Shown: positions 1-17,376 of the stretch, in pieces | Layout of the letters: each line of letters starts with the position of its first letter | Position numbering within the stretch: position 1 is the first letter of the stretch | Assembly: GCF_009914755.1 (NCBI RefSeq) | Contig: NC_060926.1 | Direction: 5' to 3' (one strand) | DNA length: 64,000 nucleotides | Origin: the human T2T-CHM13v2.0 reference genome, Homo sapiens | Translations under genes and position numbers: made by a program | The notes under the pieces: model-generated | Told to the model about the DNA's origin: nothing | Seen by the model: only the letters and a program-made list of their open reading frames with translations | The model's database searches: none

Positions 1-126
1 GGCCAAGGGCAAATGTGAGAGCCCGAAGAGCCACCGGAGGGGGGCTTCCACTAGATCCCTGGGACAGGGCAGGGTGGAGTCCAGGACAACACGGAGAAGG
101 AAATAGAGAATCCAAAACTGGATTAC

Positions 127-153
127 CTGCTTGATTTTCTGTGCACTCCAGAG
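127..153 (-). CDS. SFXN5: Sideroflexin-5 coding exon 4, a 27-nt microexon (LWSAQKIKQ); gene continues beyond the left edge
   Basis: Long pyrimidine tract (plus-strand purine run 157-190), CTTCCAG| acceptor, donor CAG|GTAATC; continues the recalled SFXN5 sequence ...TNEQ-LWSAQKIKQ. Too short to appear in the ORF track. Confidence 0.92.
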
Positions 154-881
154 CTGGAAGAGAGATAAAGGAAAAGAAAATAAAGAACAAAAATTAAAAG
201 CATATATCGGTTTAAGGCTTCCAACCCATGTTTTCTAACCAAGGGATCCAGCTCCGAAAGCCCGAAAGAAGCTCGGGCTATCCTTGCCAGCCCAGGCTGG
301 GCAGCTGTCCTATCCTGGGGGGGGTGACATCAGAGAGTAAGGGCCAGAGAGGTCCCAGAATGGCAGAGCTAGGGGACCTTGCGCATCAATTAAGCCAGGA
401 ATTCTCAACTATGTCTGCACTTTAGAATTCCTTGGAGAATTTTTTCAGCATTTTCCTAAAGCTCCCTAGTTGACTCTAAGTCATAAGCAGGTAGAAACCT
501 CTAATTTAAATGAAGATACTTCAATTGTCTCCCAGAATCACTAGTGACAGCATAATATAATTTTTTCAGAGATAGCCTGGATTCCCTGCTGTGCCACTTC
601 TACCTCTGAGCCTCAGTTTCCTCATCTGTGGAATGGGCATGATAGCCATGCCTCTGACACAGAGTCGTTTAAGGGGTGAATGGGAAGCTCTCAGAGCAAT
701 GTCAGCACAATAGCATGTGCTTATAAGTGCTTACTGTTGCTGACATTATGCCTGTTGTTATCATAAGAAGGCTGTAGGGAGAAAAAGTTCCTTTCAAATG
801 CTGATGAGGCTGTCTCTTTCCAGCACAGAGACAGGCTGGAGAAACGGAGTAACTTGTCAATCCCTTCAAATGACCTAAATA

Positions 882-1288
882 CTGTATTGCATTGAATCTA
901 AGACACCACTGATCCTAAGATATACTATCATGTGCCGCATACGAAAGAAAACTATGACTGTAATACCAAGACCCCCATCAATTAAAAGACTCATTTCATT
1001 TTACAGATGTGATAAAGTAGGCCTTTTTTTTTTTTCACTGCAACCTCTGTCTCCCGGGTTCAAGCGATTCTCCCGCCTCAGCCTCCTGAGTAGCTGGGAT
1101 TACAGGCGCGCACCACCATGCCCAGCTAATTTTTGTATTTTTAGTAGAGACGGGGTTTCACCATGTTGGTAAGGCTGGTCTTGAACTCCTGACCTCGTGA
1201 TCTGCCCACCTCGGCCTCCCAAGGTGCTGAGATTACAGGTGTGAGCCACCATGCCCAGCCCAGGCCTTTTCAAATCAAGGAAACATGG
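882..1288. mobile_element. MER104-like (Tc2/mariner) MITE interrupted by an Alu
   Basis: Termini ctgtattgcattgaatctaaga... and ...tcaaatcaaggaaacatgg resemble the recalled MER104 ends. Confidence 0.45.
1024..1260 (-). mobile_element. Alu (partially deleted)
   Basis: Poly-T followed by reverse Alu consensus. Confidence 0.9.
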
Positions 1289-1313
1289 CAAATAAAAATT
1301 TACACTGTCGGGG

Positions 1314-1609
1314 GGCCAGGCACAGTGGCTCACACCTGTAGTCCCAACACTTTAGGAGGCCAAAGCAGGAGGATTGCTGAGCCCAGGATCAGTCCACCCT
1401 GGGCAACAAAGGGAGACCCCATCTCTACAAAAAATCTTAAAAATTAGCAGGGCGTGGTGGAATGTGCCTGCAGACCCAGCTATTCAGTGGGCTGAGGTGG
1501 GAGGAACACTTGTGCCCAGGAGGTAGAGGCTGCAGTGAACCATGATTGTGCCACAGCACGCCAGCTTGGATGACAGCGTGAGAACCTGTCTCCAAAAAAG
1601 AAAAAAAAA
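1314..1609 (+). mobile_element. Alu (AluJ-like)
   Basis: GGCCAGGCACAGTGGCTCAC...A-tail; diverged. Confidence 0.9.
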
Positions 1610-2977
1610 GGACACCATGGGCAAACCAAAGGCCAGTATATTTTTTTAATGGAGAAAGAAGGCTATGCGGCTAGAAGGAAGATACAGCCAGCAGCTGATG
1701 TTAAAGTTTTATAATAGAATGGTTGTTATGCTTCATGTATATGGCAATGTTGGTCATCTGGAACATAAATTAAGCTGCAGAAGTTAAGAAGGCTACTGGG
1801 TAGTAAAAATAGAAGTTATAAAATTGATACATTAAAGTTTATGCATTTTTCTCACAGCTGAGTCCCTCAAACCTTACTTCACAGCCTAATTAACTCTTAT
1901 TTTAGACACATTTCCAACACACTTGATTGTCTGCTATTCCAGACCCAGGCAGATTAGAAGCAGTCGATGTTTAAAAAATAATAATTGGGGAACAGAGGGG
2001 ACTGATGAGTGAAAAGCCAAAAGCAGAATCACTGCTAGCACAAAGGTTAAGTGAGGGCCTAACAGCAAAGAGGTTATTTAAAAACAACAACAACAACAAA
2101 AAAAAACATAAAAGGCTGATCGTCCCCTCTTTGCTCAGTAAGCACCTTCCTGAAGTGCACCCTCAAGTCTGGGCTCTGTCCCTGGTGCGACCCCAGGCCC
2201 TGTACACAGACTCCTGACACCCCACACCCTCCACCCCAGTCGTAACCTTCTGCATCCTCCCACCTCTGGATTCACAGTCAGGCCACTCACAGGCAGGAAC
2301 TGGCTTTTCAGCACTATCTCCTAGCACATTCCATCCCCCCAGGGCCTGGAACACAGTAGGTGCTCAATACGTGCTTAATGAAGGAATATCATCTTCTAAA
2401 ACAGAAGTATACCTAGACTTAAGTTGACTTCTGGTAAGGCACGGTGAAGCCAATGCACAGTGTCATCTCCTTTTCTTCCCAAATCCTCGAGAAAAGAACA
2501 GCAAAGGAATAAACCAGCTGAAAACCCTCTCGGGGAGGAAGGGGACGTGACAGCAGGCAGAAGATGTCACACATCTTTGAAAGGTGGTGAGCTGATGAAG
2601 AGATGAGCAGTTGGCAATGCTGCAGAGGGTGGAAGGACACCCCACATGCTCAGTGGGAGTGAGTGGGCTCAGCCCAACTAGAGCTCCAGACACCAGGAAG
2701 GTGCAGGCGGCATGGCCAGAGATCAGGGAGAGACGTTGAAAATGTCCCTGTGCACAAAGTAGGGAGGCCCAAAGTCCCCATCCAGGTGATGGAGGTTTAT
2801 TCTCCAGAGAAGCTAAATCACAACAGCCCAGACATGGTCACAGGCACAGGGGGACCAGGCAAGGGTCTGAGTGCTGAGGCTCTAAAGGAGCCCGTCTGCA
2901 TCCAGCTCTGAGGACACCACAGGCAGGAGGATGGAGACACCTTCTCCAGGAAAACAGAAAGGCTCCCAGAGAAATGA

Positions 2978-3370
<393 letters not shown>

Positions 3371-3577
3371 TGACTTTAATACAGGCATTGCCACCTAAGG
3401 ACATTTTGGTCAATGACAAACCACATATACAATAGTGGTTCCATAAGATTACAAGAGAGGTGAAAAATTCCTATGGCCTAGTGACCTTGTGGCTGTCCTA
3501 AAGTAATAGTACAATGCATTACTCACATTTGTGGTAATACTGGTGTAAACCAACCTACTGCATTGCCATTCATATAA

Positions 3578-3965
<388 letters not shown>

Positions 3966-4514
3966 ACTTCTTATTATTTTAGAGTGTATACCTTCTATTT
4001 ATATTTAAAAAAAAAAAGTTAACTGTTAAACAGCCTCAGGCAGGCCCTTCAGGGGGTATTCCAGAAAGAGGCATACTTATCATAGGAGATGACAGTCCCG
4101 GCGTGTTACTGTCCCTGAAGACTTTCCAGTGGGAAAAGATGTAAAAGACAGTGATATTGATGATCCTGACTCCATGTAGGCCTAGAATGATATGGGTGTT
4201 TGTGTCTTACTTTTTAACAAAAACGTTTAGAAAGTTTTTTAAAAAAGTAAAAATGTTTAAAAATAGGAAAGAGCTTATAGACAAGAATTTTTTTGTACAG
4301 TTGTACAGTGTTTGTGTTTTAAGCTAAGTGTTATTACAAAATAGTCAAAAAGTTTTTAAAATGTACAAGTTTATGAAGTAGAGCTACAGTAAGCTAAGGT
4401 TAATTTATTTTGAAGAGAGAGCATTTTTTAAATAAATTTAGTGCAGCCTAAGGATATGTGTTTATAAAGCCTACAGTAGTGCACAGTCATGTCCTGGGCC
4501 TTCACATTCACTGA

Positions 4515-4994
<480 letters not shown>

Positions 4995-5914
4995 TAGAGT
5001 ACCATGCTGTACAGGTTTGTAGCCTAGGAGCAATAGGCTATACCATACAGCCTAGGTGTGGAGTAGACTCTACCATCTAGGTTTGTGTAAGTGCACTCTA
5101 TGATGTTCCCGTAATGACAAAATCACCTAATGTCGTATTTCTCGGACATATCCCTGATGTTAAGTGAGGCATGACTGTATCTTTATCTTTGAATTTGAGT
5201 TTTATAAGTTAAGCCCAATGGGAGAATGGAGCACATGCTGGCGGCCCGGACCCTCAGCTCACATGTGGTCCTGCCTCCCACTGCCTCAGCCACCGCCATG
5301 AAATGAGTTCTTGGCCACCCAGTGACTGCTGCAACCCTCCACTCCTGTCAGAGGCCTGGGCGCAGGGAGGGCCATGCAGTCCCCATGCATCAAGTTGTGA
5401 GGCAGGACTCCGGGTGCCTGTGAGGGTCTGCACTTGTCCCATGAGTGTCCCCTGTGGCTAAGGAAGAGAAACATTAAATAGCAAATAAAAAACATTTTTC
5501 CAGGACGAGAGAAGAATGAGGGGAGAGAGAAAACTCAGAAAGGAAGGAAAAGCTTCTTTCTGTTTTTTGAACAAGGGTCTTGCATTTCTATTTTGTATTG
5601 AGTCTCACAAATGATACGGTCAGCTCTGCCTAGAAATACTGATATTTGGAGGACCCCAGTGAAACAGATCATTGCTCAGTGAGCCTACACATGCATACAT
5701 AGGAAAGAAATTCTGAGGAAAGGAGACAATGCAGGAACTAAAGAACATTTTAAAAACACTCTAGCATCTTCAGAGCAGAAAGACATGAAAGAGGAACAGG
5801 ATACAATGAAAAAGAGGGAGGGGACAAACCCTGGCTCTGTCGCTTACTCCATGTGTGGCCCCGGGGAAATCACTTTGCCTCTGTGCCTGGTTCTCCATCA
5901 GTAACATGAGTCGT

Positions 5915-6270
5915 TGTAAGGGAGGGTTCCCTGGCAGTCTGCATTTATGGGCACACAGCTAAGCCTATGATTCCCAGCCTCCCCCGCAGTCAAGTGGCCT
6001 CCTGGGACCGGGTGCTGGCTAATGGATTGTGGGTGGAAATGACGTTCGCCAGTTCCAGGCCTGTCCCCGAGCCTCCCACGGAGAATCCAGTGGAGGATAG
6101 TGAGGCCCTAAAGACATGAGTGAAAGGAGGCATCCTGGCATCATCTTTGGCCTCTGCCAAGTCCCTGAGTTGCAACGGAGTCAGATATGAATGAGAAACA
6201 CACCTGACTGTGTTCAGCCTCCGAAACCTGGGCGTTACTTGTACTAACATTTGGCTCAATCTGACTAACA
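5915..6270 (+). mobile_element. Old MLT1 (MaLR) LTR fragment
   Basis: 3' end ...gagaaacacacctgactgtgttcagcc...tgactaaca resembles the MLT1 LTR terminus. Confidence 0.45.
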
Positions 6271-6613
6271 CCAAGCGTTAAATGACATATGCATATATAA
6301 AATATTTGACTCATAGAACGTGCTCAATAGTTTTGCCTAAAATAGAGGGAAGCAATTCAAATGAGCAGTTTTTTTTTTAAAGGATTTAATCATCTTTCAA
6401 AGTAACTTCATCTCTATTGTTTTATCCCCCAAATGCCTGGGAGGTAGACAGATGCTCTTTAGACTAGGTAAGGCATCTCAGAGAGACTAAGTGACTAAGC
6501 CAGGGCCCCAGGGGCTGGTGGCAAGATGGAGACAGGCACCCAGGCCTCCTCACCTAGGTCTCCCCGGCACTGGAGCATGTCAGTGTCTGAGGTTGGCCAG
6601 AATGACTTATTCA

Positions 6614-7144
<531 letters not shown>

Positions 7145-8019
7145 CTACCACTTGCATCCATCTCTAAAGTCTAGCTCATCACTGCACTGTTCTGCCCCTT
7201 AGGCTTGTCATATATTTTGGAGATCTTTCCATATCAGTGCACAGAAAGCAGTCTTATTCTTCCGACCAAAACCCTTGAATGAATGAAAAATATATATGTA
7301 TATATATACACATATATTTGTTGTTGTTGTTGTAGAAACGGGATCTCGCTATGTTGACCAGGCTGGTCATGAACTCCTGGCCTCAAGCAATCCTCCTACC
7401 CAAAGGGCTGGGATTACAGGCATGAGCCACCGTGCCCAGCCTGAATATTTTATAAAATGTCTCCTATTGATAGACATTTGGCATTAAGTACATTCAAATC
7501 GTGGGCAGCCATCGCCATCATCCATCTCCAAAACACTGCCAGCTTCCCAACCTGAAACTCTCTACCCATTAAATGTGACCTCCCCATTCCTCCCTTCTCC
7601 AGCTCCTGGAAACCGCGTCTGCTTTCTGTCTCCACGACATTCACTACACTAGGTATCTCATACAAGTGGAATCACATAGTATTTATTCTTTTGTGACTGT
7701 CTTATCTTTCTGCTATTACAAATCATGTTCTGGTGAATTTCACTGGAGTTACTATATTGTGAGAATTTAAAGAAAAAGGATAAATTATACAGATATATCT
7801 GGCATAATACAGAGGAACCAACAATTAGGGAGGGAAAGTGGGCAACTGGGGGAGAGAAAAAGGGAGAGTTTTTTAAAAATTCCTATTCTTTTTATACCTT
7901 TAGAATTCTGTATCTTGTTCATATATTACCTCCTCAAAAATATTTGTTTAAAAATTAAAGGTAACCACTAGAAAAAGATAATAGAAGATGCACAAATTCC
8001 AAGCCCTTTATTGACCCTT

Positions 8020-8480
8020 ATGGCACAGACCACAAACTGTCCAATAAAATCCATGTCCTATTGTGTTGTCCATAGTCATAGAACAGAAGCTGGCAGGTGG
8101 CTGGCCTGCTACACATTTCCCAGCCTCCTCTGCAATGAGGCTTGTCCATGTAGCTGAGACCCACAGTGGCATCTGAGGGGAAGTGATGTGCCTTTTCCAG
8201 GCCAGTGGCTCCCCCTCCATGCTTTCTGTCCCCTTGCTGTGAGCCAGTGCAAGGATGTGGCTGCAGCCCAGCCTCAGCCATGAAGATAGCACGACGCCCA
8301 AAGAGATGGTAGAGAAACATGATGGAAGGAGCCTGGGTCCCTGAATAATCCTGTGGGGCAGAGCTAGCTGCCCACCTGGAACTTGAGCTGTTATACAGGA
8401 CAGAAATAAACTGTCTCATTTAAGCTAGTACATTTGGGGATCGTTTTGTTACAGCAGCTAGTACCACTTTAACTAATATA
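8020..8480 (+). mobile_element. MLT1 (MaLR) LTR
   Basis: ...cagaaataaactgtctcatttaagc...ttggggatcgttttgttacagcagc, typical of the MLT1 3' end. Confidence 0.6.
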
Positions 8481-9097
8481 ACCCATTTGGGGTTATTGGA
8501 AACTGCTTCCAGTGATATCAGGGAAAGATTTCCAGGGAAGAAAGGAAGGAATGGAAGCTAAAGTGGTGCTTGAAGCTCTTCTTGAGGCATCTGACAACAC
8601 ACCAGACTCAGAGGTTTTGGGGTGAGTTGGGAGGAACATCTCCATTTTCAACAAAAATTCCTAGTCATGATCTGATCTTGTTTGGGCTGATCCCATCACC
8701 AGGCTGCAGTGACAACAGTCAGGATCATGGACTTTGGCCCTCTCTCAGTCACTAACTTACATAGCCTGCCTGTGCAAGTTACCTCACAGCTTGGACTTGT
8801 ATTATTTTTAAAATTAGGCAGAAGCAGGGACAGGAGGTAGAAGCAAGTCTCTCCAGGGCCCCTTCCTGTCCTACGGTGTATGAGGCCACGCCCAGCTTAG
8901 AGGGAGAACAGGACAAGGACTCAGGTCTGACTCCTTGGGTCTAGGCTTTTCCCTAGGACCTGCTGGATTAAATGTTGACTTTAAGGGGTTAAATGTCAGA
9001 TGCAAAAATGGCAGCAGGTAATGTACCACCCACAAGCCAAGAGCTGGTTGCTAGTTTGAAGTTTCACAAGCCAGTCCTGCAAACAGGTGATGGGGGA

Positions 9098-9156
9098 GGA
9101 TCATCCTAGGGTGTCAAGAGTTCGACGGGACATCCTAGGATATCAAGAGTTCAACG
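9098..9156. repeat. Two-copy ~29-bp tandem duplication
   Basis: ggatcatcctagggtgtcaagagttcgacg / ggacatcctaggatatcaagagttcaacg. Confidence 0.75.
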
Positions 9157-10129
9157 TCTTCTCACTAGACCACTGAAGCATCTCCACTTTAAACTACAAT
9201 TCCTGCTTAAGACCTCATCTTGTGTGGGCTCAGCCCATCTCCTCTGTGCCTCTGCTGAGCATAAAAATATGCAGCTTTGATCCCTTGGGACTTACTGGCT
9301 CCAACAACAAATCAGTGTGGATATGAGACTTTGAACCTTGCTTGATTTCTCAACTTGGTAAATAAGAACATGGAGCAGGTGTGGAGAAGCAATCCGGGTG
9401 AGAGGTGGCTGGAAGATCCCAGAAGTTGGCTAATTTCAAAAACAGCCAGCATCTCAGCTGAAGTGCCATCTGAACCTACCTGAAGTTCGGTGTAGAGTCC
9501 AAGGGAGGGGCAGAGGACACTCACCAACTGGCCTTCTCGGGCAGAGCGGGGCACACCCCCAACACCCAGAGGGAGGAGGAACAGCCCAGCCCCACCCCCA
9601 ATCTGGCTCGCTCCCCTTCCCCTCTGCCTCCTTCCAAGCTGCTTCTCCAAACCTCCCAAGGCAGCAAAGACAGAGCCTATTTAAAACAACCTCCAGAAGG
9701 TAATTAAACAGAGCCTGAAGGGGATCCTTCTGTAAGGCAAAGAATGCCTCCATAAAACAAACAAAAAAAACTTCCTAATTTATCAGTTGGGCCAATCGCA
9801 TTATACCTCACCATTAATTTTGTTGCCATGGTTACTCCCAGGTAATATGTACCTATTGCAAGTCTATGTCAGGTGAGGGTACCCCCAATTCTACAGACTC
9901 ACGAAAGAAGAGGGACTCTTCGCCTAGTTCTGCAGCATAGCACACAGCAGCAGTTGCAACTTCCCTATACACGCAGTTTGTTTCTATCCAGACCTGGGTT
10001 TAAATTCTAGATCTCCCGCTTGCTGGCTATGTGATTTAGGGCAATACGCTTAATCTTTCTGAGCCTCCTCTTCCTCATTTGTAATATGAGGATGTGAATA
10101 TTTTCAAGGTTATTGTGAAAATTAATAAT

Positions 10130-10700
10130 TAATTTAACAAATTTACTTATTTAACAAATATTTATTGAGCATCTACTATGTGCTGAACACTGCTCTAGGT
10201 GCTAAGGACACATCAGTGACAAAAACAGGCCAAAATCTCTGCTTTTGTTGAGTTTAGAGGGTTGCACAGACAGACAAACGATAAGCAACACAAACAATAA
10301 ATAAGCACATTTTCTGATATGTTAGAAGGAAAAGTGCTTCAGGAAACTAGGGAAAATAGACCAGGACAAGAGGATAGCAAGTGTGAGCAGGTGGCAGAGA
10401 TGGAGATTACAGACATAAGTAAGATAGTCAGGGTGGGTCTCACTGAGGTGATATTGGAGGAAACACTTGAAGGAGAGAATGAGTCATGCAGCTATCTAGT
10501 GGGAGATTGCTCTGGTAGACAGAACAGCCAGTGCAAAGGCCCTGAGGCAGAAGTGGGCCTGTCTGGTATGTTTGAGAGACAGCAAGGAGACCAGTGTGAC
10601 TGCAGTGGACCAAATAGGGGAGAGCAGTAGGAGACAAGATCAGAGAGGACTGGGGGCTTTGCAGGCCAGGTTAAGGACTATGGCTTTTACTCTAAGTGCA
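10130..10700 (-). mobile_element. L2 3' fragment
   Basis: ttaacaaatatttattgagcatctactatgtgc...tgcaaaggccctgaggcag, matching L2 consensus. Confidence 0.75.
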
Positions 10701-10729
10701 AAAGAGGAACACTATAGTTTCTATTAGAG

Positions 10730-10945
10730 CAGTGGTTCTCAACTAGGAGGTGGATTTTGCACCCAGGGGACATTTGGCAACATCAGAAAACATTTTTGAT
10801 TGTCATGACTGGGGAGGGGAAGCTAATGGCATCTACTGGGTCACAGCCAGGCAGGTTGCTAAACACCCTCAGTACACTGGACAGCCCTCGCAAAAAAGAA
10901 TAATCTGGCTCCAAATGCCAATCGTGCCAAGTCTGAGAAACCCTG
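10730..10945 (+). mobile_element. MER20 (hAT-Charlie) MITE inserted in L2
   Basis: CAGTGGTTCTCAA...ggggacatttggcaa...tggcatcta...GAGAAACCCTG termini. Confidence 0.8.
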
Positions 10946-12364
10946 GAGCAGAGGAACAAACAATGTCCTGTATAATTTCACAGGTCACTCTGTGTGCTGT
11001 ATCAGCAATGGACAGAGGAGCCCAGGTAGTATAGGCAGATCATCCAGGAGGCCACTGCAGGGACCCAGCCCACAAATGCATCTACAGCACTCAGTACGAC
11101 ACCTAGCACATCATACAAATGACTCACCTCCTACTGATCACTTGCCTGTTCTGTGCTACCAGTTAGGGCCATGCTGGGCCTGGCCCAGAGGGGCAGGGTG
11201 CTGACCAGGATCCCCAGAGCTTGATGCTAGGAGTCAGGGTAAGACTAGTGGGTCAGCCAAGCCTTCCCTTCGGCATCTGACAAACCTGCTGACGCCCACA
11301 GAAGACTTGGGGCACAAGTATTTTTAAGCCTGCCTCTGGTATTTGCTCTGTTATTTTCAGCAAAGCCCAAACACAGCTGACCCCATTGCCTTCCTGCCAG
11401 AGAAGACTTGCAGGATCTCTTGCATCCCAGCAGCTCTTTCTCCTAGGCAGGTCGCAGACAGAAATCCATCCTGCATGGGGGCTCTGAGCAATCCATACAT
11501 TCATTACCCTGGGTGCAGGGTAGGCACTTAGGAAAGGTTGGCTGGTTCCCAACCTCTGGGGAATGTTGAATGATGGACAAGCCCAGCCACTCAGGAGCTA
11601 CAGTGGTTCCCAGTAACCTGCTCCCCACACTCCCCATCACTCCAGTTGCTTCCGAGCTGATTTCCGTAATAGCACTTATTCCTCCCCAGTGCACTCTGGC
11701 ACTGCCACTGACTGATCCTACCACAATACCACTGTCGTGCTACTCCCTTGCTCAATAGCTTTCAGTAGCTTCCTCTTACCCCACACAATGCATCCAGCAT
11801 CTCTGCCTGGTTTTCAAAGACTTTCTCAATCTGGCCTGTAACCTCCAACTTCCTTCCCAGCTTTCTCTTTCTTGTCTCTTCTCTCTGTCTCTGTCACTTA
11901 CAGAAGATGTCTCTCCCATTAGATCTAAGAGGCCCAGTGTCAGATCCCTGCCCCACCACATACTAGCTATGTGACCTTAGGAAAATAATGCAACCTCTCT
12001 GAGTCTCACTGGAAAATTGGGTTGATACAGGTACCTACTGACAAGTTTATGTGAAGATTAGCTGAGATAATATGTGGAAAGCGCTAGTACTTATGGTGCA
12101 ATACCTGCCACTTCGTAAGCATGCAGCGAGCGGTGGCTCACCATGGGGAGGGGTCTTCCATATTTAGCCCCACCCACCTCCTCCATCCACACCAAATCAT
12201 TCTGGCAAAGCCCCAGCATATACAAGTGTACAGATCAGAGTCAACATTCAGAAACTTAATGGCTGTGTCTATGCTTACATTTTTGTATACCATGGTTTTG
12301 TTTTTTTAACTGATAGCTACAGTCCTTATTACGGTTACTAGCTCTTCAAATTTTCACCTGCTAA

Positions 12365-12738
<374 letters not shown>

Positions 12739-14329
12739 GGTATAGCAACCTTTAAACAAGGTAACGGTCCCTGGAGGAGAGAGCAGCCACCCACAACAGA
12801 AGACCAAACCAAGGCCATCAGGAGCAAACAAACAATCAATACATTTGCGCATACCCACTGGTGAGGTGTTGTACCTGGAGGTCAGGTTAGATGACAAACT
12901 GGGTAAAAAAAGAGAGTGTCACAAGTTAACCAGCACTGCCCACAACACCAGGACAGGCCTGCAGGCCTCAGGACCCAGTTGCAGGCTTCTGGCCCACACA
13001 CCTGCAAAGGCATGAGAGCAGGCGCAGAGCCCAGGTGCAGGTGAGGCCACTGTCCAGACTGAGAACAAGAACCACCCGGGCCGCTTCAGATGAGCAGGGC
13101 CAGCCTGGGCCAGGAACAGTGACTGTTAACTATGGATTGCCAAGCCCCCCAAGCCCTGAGCTGCCATGTCACCACTTATCCCCTCTGCTCCTGTGTCTGC
13201 AGAGGCCAGAGGAAGGTGTAGATTGGCTGACTGAAGCCCAGGGAGGGAAGCATTTGTGAGAGCTGGTGCTGGGGGAGCCAGGAGGCTGGGGGAAGGGAGG
13301 GAGAGGGAGGATCTGCCTCTAGGGGGCCATAGTGGCAGGCTCACACCTAGAGCACTGTGCTACCCAGCCACCAGATGGACACTGCAGGCATCACCAACAT
13401 GAGCCAGAATCGGGAAGCACAGTTAGTGCCAAGCTGCCCCTCCACCCAGTTCCCCTCCTCCTCAGCTCCCTTGAGGCACATGGGGGCTTTCAGGACAGAA
13501 AACAAAGGAGGCCTGGGAAACAGGACAGGCAGCTTCAAGCTACTGAAGGGAGCAAAGAGGAGGAAATGTGGCTTCATTCCCCAAACTCTGGGAGCTGGAA
13601 GGGGTCCCAAGAGGCCAACCTCAGCAAGAAAAGGGCAGAGCGGAGCCTGGGCCAGGAGGAAACACATGGTCAGGAGGCCATAGAGGCAGGACCCAACTCT
13701 CACAGGTCTCAGAAGAACACGAAAAGGGCTGGGGACTGCTTCGGCCTGAGTAGGGTGGGGTACCAGGTCACACCATCCAGGCTCTTAGGTGCTCATGGCC
13801 AGAGAGAAGTCCCATTGCTCAGGGAAGAGGAGATCGCAGCCTGCCCTCCCGGCTGACGGCTGCCCATGACTCAGCACGCAGTGCACACGCCTTCAGATGG
13901 GCCCCATGTAAGCAGGCACTGCGGGTCTGTCACTCTCCCAGGGCCCTGCACAGGGGCATCTGGCCAAGGTGCTGCTTCCGCTCATGCATTTGCCCTCTAT
14001 TCCCATCACCATGCTCCAGTCTAGCACATTCGCCCATTCCCTCCTTCTGTAGGGTCTTGCTCCCTCGATCTCCAGCACAGTGTGCACCTCCTTGCCTGGA
14101 CCACCCCCACCTGCTCTTCACCAGCCCTGTCAGCCCTCATATCTCAGGGGAGAAATCTCTTCCAGATGCCCTCAGTCTGGGAGGGTCACCCCTTCCACGG
14201 CTCTCCCATGGTATCATGTGCTTTCACTGTCACTGCCTGGTTTCTGGTGGTGTAGACAGGAACTTCATCCAGCTTCCTACCTGCTCTATCCCCCAGGCCC
14301 TACCCTCGCTTCTGGCCCATAGAGATGGA

Positions 14330-14945
14330 TAGAAGAGAAAAAAGGTGAGAAAACCTACGTGTCAGCCTATGATGGCTAATATTTGACTAACAGAAGTTCC
14401 AGAATGAGAAAAAGTGATGAAAGCAATTAAAAATTTTGCCAGAGCTGAAGACAGGAGTCTTCAGATTGAAAGGGGTAATGAAGAATCCAAAATGATAAAT
14501 TTTAAAAGAAACAGCATTGTGGAATTTCAGAAACAAATTTCACAGATAAAGAGAAGATCCTAAATATTTCCAAAGAAAGAAAACAGACCGCAAAGAATCA
14601 GGAATGAAACGGCATCAGGTTTTTCAACAGCTATATTGGAACCCAGAAGAAAATAGCGCAATGGTCTTCAAAAATCTGAAGGAAAATGATTGTCAACCTA
14701 GAATTTTCTCCTCAGCCAAACTGTCAATTAAGGCTGAGTGCAGAATTATAATTTTTCAGACATAAAAAGACTCAAAACTTTCTTCTCATTTACCCTTTTT
14801 CAGGAAGCTACGAGAAGAGGTGTTCCACCAAAATGATGAAATATACCAAGAAAAAGGAAGACCTGGAACTCGGAGGTAGGCCCCAGAAAGGAAAATTTCA
14901 GGAAAACAAAAAGAAACTCAAAGACAGAAATCTTCAGATTGCAAG
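14330..14945 (+). mobile_element. Degraded L1 ORF1-region fragment
   Basis: A-rich sequence with L1M motifs (cttcagattgaaaggg, caacctagaatttt...cagccaaactgtcaa); no intact ORF. Confidence 0.6.
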
Positions 14946-14959
14946 GAGCACTGAAAATA

Positions 14960-16244
<1,285 letters not shown>

Positions 16245-16696
16245 TATTGAAAGGCCGCGGGAGGGTACAGTGAGAGTGAGAGATGGTACAAAGGAAAGTA
16301 CGCCAATGAAAAATCTGAGGTGGTTATTAACTCCAGATAAAACAAATTTGAAAAAGAGACATAATCATGATACAACCAGTCTGACTATGCAGTAAATGTT
16401 ATTTCTATAATTGTAACGACATGAAGACTGAATATGTATAGGCCCCAAAACCATGATAACTATTTCAAGAGTGAGTATGGATGGCGGAAAGAAGTGTGTT
16501 TAGAGGGGTGGATGATAAGAGAGCTGAATCCTCAACTACCATAATAGATAACCCAAAAGAACTAATTGAGAAATAGCAGTGTAGATAAGCATATTTGTCT
16601 GAAAGATAGAATATAAATTTCTATCTGCAGAACAGCAAAAAGTAGTTGCTCCTGCGGAACAGGCATGGGAACTGGGGAGGGATAGGGAACATATAC

Positions 16697-17054
<358 letters not shown>

Positions 17055-17376
17055 CCTTACAAGCACTTTAGTACTATTTGACTTCTTGAATTATGCACAC
17101 ATGACTTTGAAAATGTTTAAATTAATGTTTGAAAAAGTTTTTGAAATAAAGTTTATGAACAAAAAGACAGACTTTGGCACATGAACCATCAGTCTCTGTA
17201 ATCATTAACTACTACCTTCCCTTACCCCTCCCCAAAACAAAACACCACCTTCAACATTTCAGGTATCTCTAATTTGAGTTCCTACACGATATTAAAAAAG
17301 AATAAAACAACAGTATCCTAATCCTAATCCTCAACATCCTCCCCCATCCTTCCCACCCTTAACCTGAATTTTTGAA

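Noticed and set aside
9098-9156. Short direct repeats considered as a possible CRISPR-like array
   Set aside because: Only two adjacent copies, no spacers, eukaryotic intron context; a simple tandem duplication.
13332-13856. 174-aa plus-strand ORF in SFXN5 intron 3
   Set aside because: GTG start, no recognisable domain, overlapping ORFs in several frames typical of GC-rich intron.
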